This document shows, piece by piece, positions 12,361 to 24,100 of a stretch of 64,000 nucleotides of DNA (positions are counted from its first letter, which is position 1; each line of letters begins with the position of its first letter). The notes beneath the pieces were generated by a model. The model did no database searches. It saw only the letters and a list, made by a program, of their open reading frames with translations, and was not told where the DNA came from. The translations under genes and the position numbers were made by a program. Source of the stretch: Raillietiella orientalis (taxonomy: Eukaryota); the NCBI GenBank assembly GCA_036172245.1, contig JAYWIR010000005.1:2170001-2234000 (forward strand). The letters run 5' to 3'.

Positions 12361-14934
12361 TTGCTGGATGATCGCGGATCCGCTTGCTCACACTGTGCTG
12401 ATCATGAGATGGAAGATGCTGTCGGGAGAGGAACCAAAGAAGCTATGGTAATGAAATCCGCAGCCTTTTCATTTCTTCTGATGTTCTCCCCACACACAAG
12501 TTCTCAGTAGACACGGAAACCAAGCCGGTTGCTTGGTGCAGCATGCTCTCTTTCCTACTAAGTCAGCGAAGATGCAAACACCACACCACCGCAGAGCAGC
12601 TGCTGCTGTTCCTGCTCCTCTGTTTTCAGCATGTTGAGCACTCGGAACTCTGGTCTCCGGGAGGAAGTTAGGGACGGATTCCTCACACTTAAGGTGCGAA
12701 GTTGACCGCAGTCATTGAAGATCACAGCATCATTCAGACCCAGTTACCCAGTGAGGTGTACTACCAAGAAGTGGGTGAAATCCAACCTCCTCTGTGAAGA
12801 AGGAATGTGCACTCTTGCGCTGAAGTGGAATTGCCTAAAGCCGATCTGCCACACATAACGTCTCTTTGTCTCGAGAGCACGTACTGATTTTCAGTCAACG
12901 TCCTCAGTGCTAGTGAACATTAGTGTACGGGTGTTACGGGAAGCGGACTGAACCTTGAAAACCGTTTGCGATCGTGAGCGAGTCCCTCTTTATTCACCCT
13001 CGAACTTCAAAGTTCTCTGCTATGGACCTTCCTTGGGACATGACCTTCGGGTCATAGGAAGCGTTCCCCTTTCGCATCCGTGGATAAGAGGTCGCGCATG
13101 GTGCGGCACAACTGCCTCTCCTCAGATCCCAGATTGCTTCTTGCTTGCATCTCGAGGATTGATTGATTTCAGATGAGGTTTCATTTCCATTACTTTCCGG
13201 ATCAACTCCGTAAAGACCTGCACATGTGGTTTGTCCGTTGGCCTGAGGAAAGGGAAGAGAACGTGACCAGGTCGCCTCACCATCAAGGTTGGAAAGCGGC
13301 CAGAAAGTCATCTTTTTGGAGAGAGATGGAACCGTACTTTTGTGCTCTTATGAAAATGCAGGATGAGGAGTGGGGCTTCTCATGCAGGGAAACAGAATTT
13401 CATTTAATTTGTCTAGGCAACAAGGGCTGAAATTACACAGATGATTCTCATGTGTGTAATTTCGTTACTCATATGCTTTCTTCAAACGTTCTTCGATCCC
13501 TGAAAATGGAACATTGCATTCACATCTTCATCAGCTCCTTCAGTAGATTCTTTGCCCCATGACGAGTTCACCTACATGTCGATGTACATGTGCACCTACA
13601 AGTACGACCTTCATGTCTAGCTACTCGCGCACCTTCAGGCACACCTTCATGTCGATGTACATGACAAGCTACGTGACTTTGCATCTCTACTCTCCGGAAG
13701 CTGTTTCGAAGGGATTGCGCGAATCCGGGGTGTGGATTCAGTCTTTGATCTTTCGATGAAATAAAGAGTGGTTGTCATGGATTGGTATCGTAGCAACCGT
13801 GTTCCGTCCTCGCTGGCTTCTGTGCACGCAGACCATAACTTATTTCTTAGCCCGCGAGAATGCCTGAACTCCCTTTGCTCTCCATCCAAGGAGGCTGTTG
13901 ATAAACAGCACCCGTGGACACTGGCCCGGGAGCAGTCTAACCACATCTTGGGACATAAGAGACCACTTTATCAAGGCGAGAGGCCATCGCTCCTTTCACT
14001 CTTCGGCACTGCAACCACCTCCTCAGGTGTGGGGTTGCTGATGGAAGCCGCGGGTCAGCTGGAGGGACGTGACTTGGGATATTGTCCTCCGGCTCCCCAC
14101 CGAGGGATGCCGCGCTCGCTGAGCCTCGATGCAAAGCGAATCTCCTGACCGTTCGAAATGCCCCATCCGGGAGGTTGCGAGTCTTCGATGGTGCTGCAAT
14201 GGCGGCATCCCTTTTTCCTCCCCTTTCGGCCCGAGAGGCGACCAATTAGATCTCGCGTCTCCCCCTGGGCAATGTCTCGATCGACTTCCACGGCGTGCAG
14301 GCGGCTGCGCATCTTTCGGCGTTGTGGGCAGAGTGGCGGCCGTCTGAAGCGCGTGGTCTTCCTGCCATGGGCGGCGGAGAGGATGAGAAGCTGCCATCTC
14401 TTTGCTGCGCGGGAGATGCTGCAGAACCAAGGGTGCCTTCCGATGAAGAGGGGATCCTCCCACCTGACCTCGAGCTCACGCGCCTTGCGAGCAGCACCTC
14501 GGTAGAGACGGGTTTCGGAGCCTGGTAATGATGGAAACGTGGTGGATCCGAGCTTGGCTAGGGGAAAGCAACGGCGGCCGCGAACGCGAGTCGTGAGAAA
14601 GCTGGATTTACAAGGTGGAGAGGGAAGGGGCCTCTGGCAGGAATACTCCCAACGGAACTGTTCTTCCATTCGACATGCACGCGCCCGCGCATGCGCGAGG
14701 TTTTCCTCGGAGGGGTTCTGCGATCTCCACGGTTCGAGACGAAGGTATGTCACAGGAGGCTTCCTCGTGAGGGGCTGAACACGAGGCGCCGCGTTCCAGC
14801 ACCGAACCCACCTTTCCGAAGCAGCAACTCCATCTGGACCGCCAAGACTAAATTCGGGCAGAAGAGAGCTATCAAGAGCTTGGGGTACCCCCGCGTTGGC
14901 TCGCCACGCGCGCTGCACCGGACGTCTCCGGTTC

Positions 14935-15620
14935 GGATCCCGCCCGGGGAAGGGTCGATACCGAGAACGGGGCATGCGTCGTGTGTTTTGTGCCCACCTC
15001 TCCGCAGGATGACGCCGACTGGTCCACATTCGAGTGCGACATTGGAGGAAGCAGCCGAAAACCCCTGGATGCTTCCGTTGACTGTTCGGGATTGGAATTC
15101 TACCCTCTGGGGTCCTTTCAGAATGAAGGATAGCTGGTTTTCTTCAGAGTTTCCCTCCGACTGTGAAACCGGAGCCATCTCTTCTCCCTCGGGGGTCCTG
15201 TGGAATTGGTTGATACAACCTCGATGTTTGCCTCTTCAGAGTATGAGAAGCGCACCTCCTCCCTTCAGTATTCTATTTAGAGGAAAAAACTAGTAGCGGT
15301 TCCCTTGTGGGTTCCCTCTGGATAAGAAATAAGGGGTGGCCTACCATCGGAAGGTTCCTCCGGAGAGAATAAGGAAGAGGTGGTTCCCTTTGGGATTTCC
15401 TCCCAAAGCATGAGAGGAACAGACTTCTTCCTCCTCCGAAACTTTCCTGGACACATGAGGTGCTCCCTTCAAGATCTCCCCATAACTTGAAGAGTTCCCT
15501 CCGGTAGCAGATGATGCTGAAAGGGCTCTGTGAGATCCCCTAGGGCGAAGGGGAAGAAAAAGAAACTCTTTCCGGATTCCCTCTGGGAAACAAAAGAGGA
15601 ACCGCCCCTTCCGGTGAGTT
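14935..15620 (+). repeat. Dispersed repeat family A, copy 1 (reference orientation)
   Basis: Aligns by eye with 36060-36525 (e.g. GGATGCYTCCGTTGACTGTYCGGGATTGGAA) and with 60605-60985. Confidence 0.75.
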
Positions 15621-16749
15621 TTTTCGGTGCACCGCGACTGGATGTAGCTAAGGGTGCAGCCACCACTATCCCATCCTTGTCCCTTAGCAACGAATCGAAT
15701 CTCATCAGGAAACTTCGCTCCTTCGCGACTTGTCCTCTCCCAATCTCACCTGCCACTCCCTCGTGAAGATTAGCTGCAGGATGCTGTGCGGCGAGGGTTT
15801 CTTTCCCGTGAGGGGGACGCGGAAGGAGAAACGTGAGCTGGCAGGAGAGAACGATGGAGCCATTGGGATCTGCCAGCAGAAGTCATCACTCAACGACTCA
15901 CCGCTGCCGTTCACCCTACTCACCTCAGGATTCCTCCCACGTCCTCGGCCGAAATTTGCCGGCCCGAATCGCAGAATCGATCCGTCGCGATCCCGTCACT
16001 TCCCCCAACATCATCCAAAATGGTCCTTCGCTCGACCTCGCCCGCGAGCCCGACGACGTCTTCCCTTCCGGCACGCCTACAACCTTCCCGTTCGCCTCCG
16101 ATCGGACGATCCGGCGTGCGTGCCTCGCGGGCCCCGCAGGGGCAAGAAAAAGAGCGGGAACCTCAAACTAGGAAGCCCAGTGTCCAGGAACGCGGCTGTG
16201 CTCCTGACCTAGAGACCTCACGCATCAGCGACGTTCTGCGCATGCGCGTCAGCTTCCTGGAGCTTCGAAGCGAAAGAATTGACTGGTCGTCCAGGGGAAC
16301 CTTTCGGACGAGTCGGCTCTGGAGACTCGGCTGACGCTGAGGTTTCTTCCGACCGGGAGCGTCCGGAGAGACCTGACATCAGCCCTATTCGTGACCGACG
16401 GTGACCACTGACGACCTCTGCAACCCCCACTCGTCCCTTCCCGGAGTTCGGGGGCGCTGCGTGTCTCGGTCCTTCTTTCCCTGCTTCCGTTCAGCTGACC
16501 TTCACCTCTTGGATGAGTCATCCGTTCCAAAAGCGGCCTCGCAGAGAGCGAGCTCTTCGAATGCGGAGGCGTCTACAGGAGGGCTCGGCTGATGTACCAG
16601 TAAGCTCAGCATCTCCTTTCACGTCAGCGCGCTCGTGCAGGGGCCATCAGAGGAGCACAGTGCACGTGGCCGCCAGCGATGCGTGACCTCCGCACTTTTG
16701 CCCGACGCTCGTTCGGAAAATTCTCCTGGGCATACATAGGTCCTCCAGA

Positions 16750-17100
16750 GCGCACCATGGAGATGATGATGCCCCCTCGGGGGGTTGCCTCTCCAGAGTG
16801 TAAAAAAGACCCCTCAAGAAAATGGGAAATATCCCTTCGGGGGTCTCCTCAGTGGAGGAAACATGGAGCGGTTTCCTGTCAAGCTCCCTCCGAAGAAGAA
16901 ATTCCAGGAGCGGACCCTTTCCGGGAGACTCTTCGGAAAAGGAAATAACAGGGACCCCCTCTGTAGAGGAAAAGGAAGAGAGTTCTCTTCGGAGACCATC
17001 AGTGCAAGGATTCCCTCCTTAGAGTGAGAGGAACGAACTCCTTCCTCCTCTGGAAACTTCCTGGATTTATAGGGTGGTCCTGCAGGGTTACTCCCTAGCT
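16750..17100 (+). repeat. Dispersed repeat family A, copy 2
   Basis: CACCATGGAGATGATGATGCCCCC...AAGAAATTCCAGGAG...GAGAGGAACGAACTCCTTCCTCCTCTGGAAACTTCCTGGA matches copies 1 and 6. Confidence 0.7.
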
Positions 17101-17997
17101 TGGAAGCAACAAACACGAGTCTCCGTGAGGCACAGTGGCAAACAGTGGGACTACCAATGGTTAAGGAAACAGCTGATGTTTGGTCGTAAGAGCAGTAGAG
17201 AACGACATCCGCTTCATGGAAACCAAATTCTTTTATCCCCGGACCTTGATTTCCGCTCTGGGAAGCCTACCTCCCAGGCTGCACAGCTCTGCCTCCTCAA
17301 CCCGCAGCCTTCTTAGATGCCTTCTGCCTGCTGCTTGCAATCCCCTTTTCCTCCTCCCGAAAGGGGAATGCCATCCCGCCAGGAAGCGCACTCTGGGAGT
17401 TTTCTGCGGAATTGACTTCGCGACTCCTGGTCCCACTGGTTCTCCGTTGACAGACAGCAGTTCTTCCGGAAGACAGACCTTGACTTGGGATGGCATCATA
17501 GACTGACCCTGGGAAGCTGGTTCTGGCGAACGTGCCGAAGAGTACCGTCAAGGCACAGCCCGTGTCCGGGAGAACCACTAACCAGTGAGGAACCGCTGGG
17601 CAGTGAAGGAACTGCTGGGAGAACAACTGGGAGAATCCCAGCGTGGTCAAGTACAGGTCGTGAAAGGCGGAAGATTCCACTGCTTTCCCCATGCTCCCAG
17701 TGCCTTTTCTAAGCGTGGGACTCGCAGCTAAAGGGAAGAACGGACTCCACTTCTTGCACCACGCTCGTGCAGAAGGCGTTCGACTTCCAGGGTTCCGCTC
17801 TGCTGTTGTCCTCTTGTGAAGTTGCACCGTTCTCTACCATGTCGTTTGAACAGCTCTTGAAAGGTGCTTCTAAGGGAATGCCTGCCGGGGTCCCCTGGGC
17901 GTACGCGGTGTCCTTCACCTTTCCACAAAGTTCCTCCTCCGCAGCTCTTCTCGATTCTTCACCGCTTCCAGTGACCATCCCCCTTTTTCTGCTCCAG

Positions 17998-18186
17998 TGA
18001 TCGGCATCATACGGCAGGATGTGGGGTTTGCGTTTTATGGCATGTGGATCTCCACCATCTTCTTCCTGACGGCAGCCCTACTATTCAGCATCATCTCGGC
18101 CCTATTTGCCCTTGCCTACGCCTTGCACCGCCCTCTCAGAAGCTTCAAGAGCATCCTGGGCCTCTACATATGGAACTGTGCCTCAG
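17998..18186 (+). CDS. Clarin-like exon (TM2 and loop)
   Basis: Acceptor ccccctttttctgctccag, donor CAG|GTGAGC; 189 nt, phase 1-1. Confidence 0.88.
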
Positions 18187-21100
18187 GTGAGCCTACCGTC
18201 CGCGCCCCCGAAAGGGACCGTGTGGCATCCCCTCGTTGTCAGGGAAACAGTTTTCCCCATAGTGGAAAAGCGCTCCTGCAGGGAAAGTCAAAACAAGGAA
18301 GTCCGTCTGGAATAAAAAGCGAACCGGGAAAGGTCACGCAGAATCGACGTCGAGAGGTCTGCGCGCAGACACTTGAACTGTTGTTACGCCTGGCACGTGG
18401 GCATCCAGCGGCCACGCGCTTCCCTATTTTGTGCATTGTCATCGGCTCCGTCGGCAGAAGGGCTGCCGCCAAAAGACAAAACGTGTCCGCCGCCGATTTG
18501 ACAACTCCCCACTGAGGGCACGGCCGTCCCACCACTCGGGTGTCCATGCTGCCTTGCGTTGAGCTGCGAGAAGTCTTGGCGATTCTGCGCGCGGAGTCAC
18601 CGGCCTCAATTCGGTGCAGTTTTCTCTCCGTCTTAGCTCCTCCGTGCTCGTCTTCCCGCCGTCCGAGAGCTTCAGATGCTACCATTGCGTGCGCTCCACT
18701 TTCCGTCAGTCGCATCAGACGTGGCCTTCACACGCTGGGGTGTCCGTGGCAGCTTTTTCGCCATCGAGCGCCACGTGCTCCAGGATGAATCTTGCAGGAG
18801 AGTCCAGGGCAGCTGCCCACAGAGTCACTCTCTGCCCCATCTCTCAGATGGTGCAGGCAGGGGCATCCCGTTGACACGTCGATATACACGTGCGTTTTTC
18901 CCTGATCTCTTTGACAGTTCGATGGTCTGGTTCTGCAACCGAGGCGCGAGCTCTTCCAGCTCGAGTACTCCCGCCCGCTTTCAGTGCACGAAGCTTGCGA
19001 AAGAAGCGCTCGCTAACGTCCTGTCTGAGAAACGTAAGGGGGTCTTTCCGGAAACAACCAGGGCGAAGGTTCCCTGGGGTCTGACTTCTGTGACTGCCTC
19101 TCTATTACGGTCGCTGTCTTGGCCAAGACCTTCCCTTTGTTAAACTCCAGTAGAAAAACAGGTGCAAGTCGAATGCTTTTCCGAGGTACTCCCATGTACC
19201 TCCGAAGTCTAGTGCCTGGAAATCACTTTTGCCAGAGCTGACGGTGTTTTTTTCTGACTCTTGACCCTTTTGCTTCAAGGCATAGTGAAAAGGGTTTTCT
19301 GACATCAGCTGTTGGACCAGTTTTGGCGCGCAATTTGCATATAGAACTAATAGGTCAAAAGAATAACACTGAGAGGACCAAAAATCTGTCAAACGGCTGC
19401 ACTCTCTCTCCATTTTCCTCTCTGCTTGCCTGTCTTTGATCGCTTTTCCAAGACGCTTTCTTTCAATCCGGAAGAAATGGTTCCGAAATGGAATGCTCCT
19501 CATCCACGATGAAGAAAGTAGATTATCGTCTAGGAATTTTGCAACTCCGACGAGTTCAACGCATTTCTTACTGCACTCATTTCTTCTGCATTCGGGTTTC
19601 AAGAATTTCGTGTGGAAAGGAGGCGTCTGCAGGGGACTGCACCTCCTCGGTTCTCAAGGTGACTGCTTAGGCTCCGAGGGGGAGGGGCATCAACCAGTTC
19701 CATGGTGCTCGATGAAGGGTTCCATTTTACAACCAGAGGGGAACTGGGAAGGATTCCTTGATTCCTGGAAGGACCACGGAGGGTCAACTTCAACTGGTTC
19801 CAGAGTCCTCGATTCGAGCGCTTTTGTCCTGTGCATGGAGAGCTTTCGGTCTCTTGAAGTTTTCGAAAATGAGAGGCAGGATTTTCGCTAAAGGACAGGA
19901 TAATTTTGAACAAGGGAGAGCCGGAATCTTCTCTGGGATCTGGGATCTTCGCTTTTGCGTACTCCGATGCGTTTCGTGTTCTCCGGAGGTTGGGAGGAAT
20001 GAACCTTTCGTTATACTGAAGAAATGGCCCTGAGCGGAGTTGTGGAAGGACGATACAAGCAGAACGAATCAAAGGAGAGGAATGTGAATGCTGCTGCTAA
20101 AGGCACTGCAAACAAAGTAACTTCAAGCATAGTTTTCACCTCATTTCAAACGAAATCGTCCATCAAATGAAGAAGAATGGTTGGTCACTGCTCGATGAGT
20201 GATGCTTTCGAAGACACTGGGTATTCTACTCTTTCTTGATTCCAATGAATGTTTCGTGGCCAACTTTGAAAGAAGGAGGAGAAGCAATTCAGTTTTCCAT
20301 TTCTTTAAACAATCTATGATGATGTCATTGTCGATACTTCAGGTTCCCGTTCATGGTTCTCTCCTTGACTAAGAATTCTTCCACTAAAAAGATCAACTAT
20401 GGGTTCCCATTTCAGAGACTCGTAAAACAACACTGCACGTGAAGAGTTAGAACAGCATAAAGATTATCATATAGTCTTCCTTTACCTCTGGCACACTATC
20501 GTTCAGAGCATATGAGGTGCTGTTTAGGAAATTTTCCATGAAAACCTCACAGTGAAGCAAATCACCCGGCTTCAGATCTCTTCAGTCGCCCGTTTATTTT
20601 TTACGTATCTTTCTATATTCGGAAACTGTGTCCAGCATGAGGCAACCCACATAATCTTCTTCAGAAAAAGAAAATTAAGAAGCAACTTTGGCATCAGGAC
20701 AAGCACTGTTACCAAGTAGCATCCTACTTGGTAACAGTGCTTGGTAACAGGCCAGGTGAGATGCGAGGCTGCATTGGCATCTGTGTTTGAATATGCACCG
20801 CAGTCACACGGAAGCACCCTGATAGCCTGAAGGAAAGAGATCTACCACAACTGGAAACCCAGCAACCGGCTATCCTATTCTTCGTTTGCCTTTCGAAGAG
20901 TTAGACAGGACTTTAGAGGTTTCCACACCTCCCAGGCAGCGAACAATTCAGAGCGCAGGTTTCTTGATGCACGCTGCTGTCATGAGAGTGAAGGTTCCTG
21001 AGGTCATGCTAGCTGTCATCAGAGGATTACAGTTGTTTGTTAAGCTCTTCCTACTCTCCCTGAGGATTGTCATTTTTATAGCTGAAGATGCGAAGGAATA

Positions 21101-24100
21101 AAATGACCTTCCAGCCAAAGTTGGTACTAACCAGCAATTTGTTTCAGGAACCTTGGAAGTATGTGCAGTGTTGTCATGGATTTTGCAATACCAAGTCAAA
21201 TTGAAAGAAAATGCCCTGCCTCAAGAAGATGTAAACAACTTGTGGTCTTCGAAGAATGAAGCTCATTTAGGATACGGCTTTTGGTGATTATTGTTGGAAT
21301 TCACATTGTATTCACATTGGTCTTTCCATGTCGATAACGGTCCAGGGGCTTTCAAAGCTGCACGCTTTTCGGCGCCCTTCGTATATTCAAAGTGGCTGCC
21401 CGTGCTCAGATCTTTAGAGGGGCACCCCGCTAAGTACCTCTGAGAGCTACAGCATCTCACTCGTAGATTTGCTGCGATATGAATTGAGAGGATAGAGAGT
21501 GGTGGAACTCTTTTACATGTTTCCTTCTTTGTGGTTGTTTGCCAGAATCCTCCCTGTCTTCCACAACCATAGAGTCCACCAGCTTAGAATCTACTCTGAA
21601 GCTTCGAGACTCTGTAGCTCCTATACGTGAAGTGTTCTGAGTCTACCAGATAAAAGGAGCGCTGGCACCACCGATCACGATATTGCCGATGCGATCTCCG
21701 TCACTATCTGCATGTTCTCCGGTGTCGTGCTGCACTCTACAACGCTCAAAGGGGTTCCGTCTTCGGAGGCAGGCAGAGATCTTTCTGCATCGCTCACCTC
21801 TCTGGCCCTACGGTTCTCTTGTCTTGGAAACGCAGGAATCACATTCTGTGGGCGGTGAAAGCAACACTCCTCAAAGTAGTGGGACACATTATGGCTTTTG
21901 AGGATAGGGGGAGGGGGAGGGCGGATGCCCCACCTGCACGAGCGGCGAATCAACTTTGGATTCGAAATCCTCATGTGCATCAGCCACTCTTGAAGGTTCC
22001 GCGATCCAAGGAGGACAGGTTTCGGGACGGATGCACCCGTGGTCTGCACCCGAAGAGGGGATCGCTGTTGTCGTGCTGACTACGAAGAGCATCTTCCGAC
22101 ACCGCACGAAGAGGAAAGCAAGGATCTGAGATCAGGTGCGAAAACAAAAGGCATCCTTCTCTCGGAACGCCGCTTTAGGCGGTTAAGGGAACGCTCTGCA
22201 CCTCTCTGTTCATCTCAGCGAAGCGTGGGGGGGCTCGCGCGCGACGAGATACCCGACGATGACGCAACCGGCGACCTTGAACTGAGCGTTCGCAAGCCTA
22301 TTTGGAAGACAAATAGCCCACTACCAAGCGTCAGCAAATGATAGTTTCTCCGAAGGAATGGAAGTGGCTCTGGAGCACAGTTCAGTAAGTTCGGTGTGGT
22401 TGCGCGGGAGGAAAGCGGAAACTGCAGGTGATCTTGAACCTTTAGGAAAGGTGCAAGTGGTAGACAGCAAATGCCATTACGTAATAAACCCGTGACAATT
22501 GATTTAAAAACAAAATTATTCATCCTGAATAATTTCGTTAATCTAATCGTTTTTTTTTTCTTTTCTTCCCCTCCCTCTCCTACCCTTTCGTGCTCTCAGC
22601 GAAGAGCGATGAAGTAATCGCCAAGTTGCTCAATTTCGTTGCTGCTCCCGCTTTCGAAAAATCATATTAACTGGAAAACATCTGGGAGCGCTGCTTGCAT
22701 CCATCGGGCTCACGTCATCCTCACTCATCGAACTGGACGCATTTTCGAGAGCCGCCTTTCCTCCCCGCAAGAGCGCCGCCAACGGTTCTCCGGACGCAGC
22801 AGCACTCTAACGAATTCCAAATATCTCAAATGGCTCTTCATGAACCGCGCGTTGACTACCTTCACGGAAGACGATGCTGTGGGAGTGACGAAACTGCTTC
22901 GACGGACGGCGTTCTCATCGTGCAGACATGCGAAAGGACGGATTCAGGTTCTGGAAACGGAGGACGAAGGCGTATAGCGAGCTCGGCTCTCGTGTTTTCC
23001 ACCGAGGACCGCTTTCGTGGCGACTCGAAGCCGCCACCCTGCCGATCCACTCGAAGAACGTCGTTTTGAGCACGGTTCCCCCTCCCCCCGTGTTCGGGCA
23101 GCATCGCGCGGTGCGAGCGAAGAAGCGAGCGAGAAGTCCCGAATTCTTCTCCCGTCGGAGGAAGAGATCCCCGTGAAAAAAGAGCAGCTTTCTTGTCCGT
23201 AGAGGAGCTCACGAAGGACAAACCCGCAACGAGCACCGCAACTGCGCAGGCGACAGCAGGAGCTGCTCATGCGCGAAGGCTTCTTGCCCGTTATTCATCG
23301 TTTCCTGTTTTCGAAAGTCTTTCGCATGCGCTTCAATTCCTCTGGAGTCTTCCAAAGTCGAGTTGTAGGAACCACTCCTTGCTTCGTGTCAACCGGAGGC
23401 GTCTTCAACACGCGTCTTCACGATCCACTCCCGTTCCGATGTGACACGGACCCTGCGGCCGAAGGCATGATCCCTTCTGTGATGGATTCTCTTCGTCGCC
23501 GAGGGGCTGGATGCCAGCTGGCATCTTCAGAAGTTGGACGAATTCCATCCGAGCTCACGAGTCCGTGAGGTCGCGTCTGCGCTAAGAGACCTAAAGCCAT
23601 CTTCAAGCCGCCCTGGCGTCGGCCTCAAATTTCCACCTCAGTGTGGGTGGTTCTTCTGGCCTGCCAGTGAGATCTTGCAGAGAAGGGAACTTGCAGGGGT
23701 GCGGTTCGCCTTCAAGATCTCGGAGCGACCCCGCAATCCGCTCGTACATTTTCGTGACCAGCGCGGGAACAGGCAGCTGCAAGAAATGAGGCTTCCCGAC
23801 GTGCGGAAGTGTGAAAATTGCGAGTCACTCCGCGATGGGGTTGAGCGTGAGGTCAGCTGGCACGCCGGTGCCCCCCCCCCTTTCCCCCCCGAGGGAAAGG
23901 CTGAAGGCTTGTCGTTTTTTGTCTTGTACCGCGGACACATCCCGGGAAGACTTCAAAGTTCTCCATTTTTTGAAAAGGCGGGCCGCGGTGCCTGCATCGA
24001 AAGGCCACTCGTTGTCTCCCTCTTTCCATGCGCTCCCGTAAGACTTCGTGAAGTACTTCAGGATGACCTGGGGATCCGAGGCAAACGAATTTCCTGCGGG

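Noticed and set aside
13565..13680. Repeated CACCTWCATGTCGATGTACATG units (and CATTACACG units at 35555-35626) as a CRISPR-like array
   Set aside because: Only two to a few degenerate units, no regular unique spacers and no cas genes; ordinary decayed tandem repeats.
1..17997. First coding exon of the clarin-like gene
   Set aside because: I checked the visible GTAAG/GTGAG donors for a phase-1 exon with TM1 and a W...GLF.G-type motif and found none; it is probably upstream of the window, though I may have missed it.
21284..21340. Hydrophobic VIIVGIHIVFTLVF in the -1 frame after clarin GYGFW, suggesting a frameshift or readthrough
   Set aside because: A good donor and a much better terminal exon at 31902-32037 explain TM4; T-rich intron sequence translates as hydrophobic by chance.
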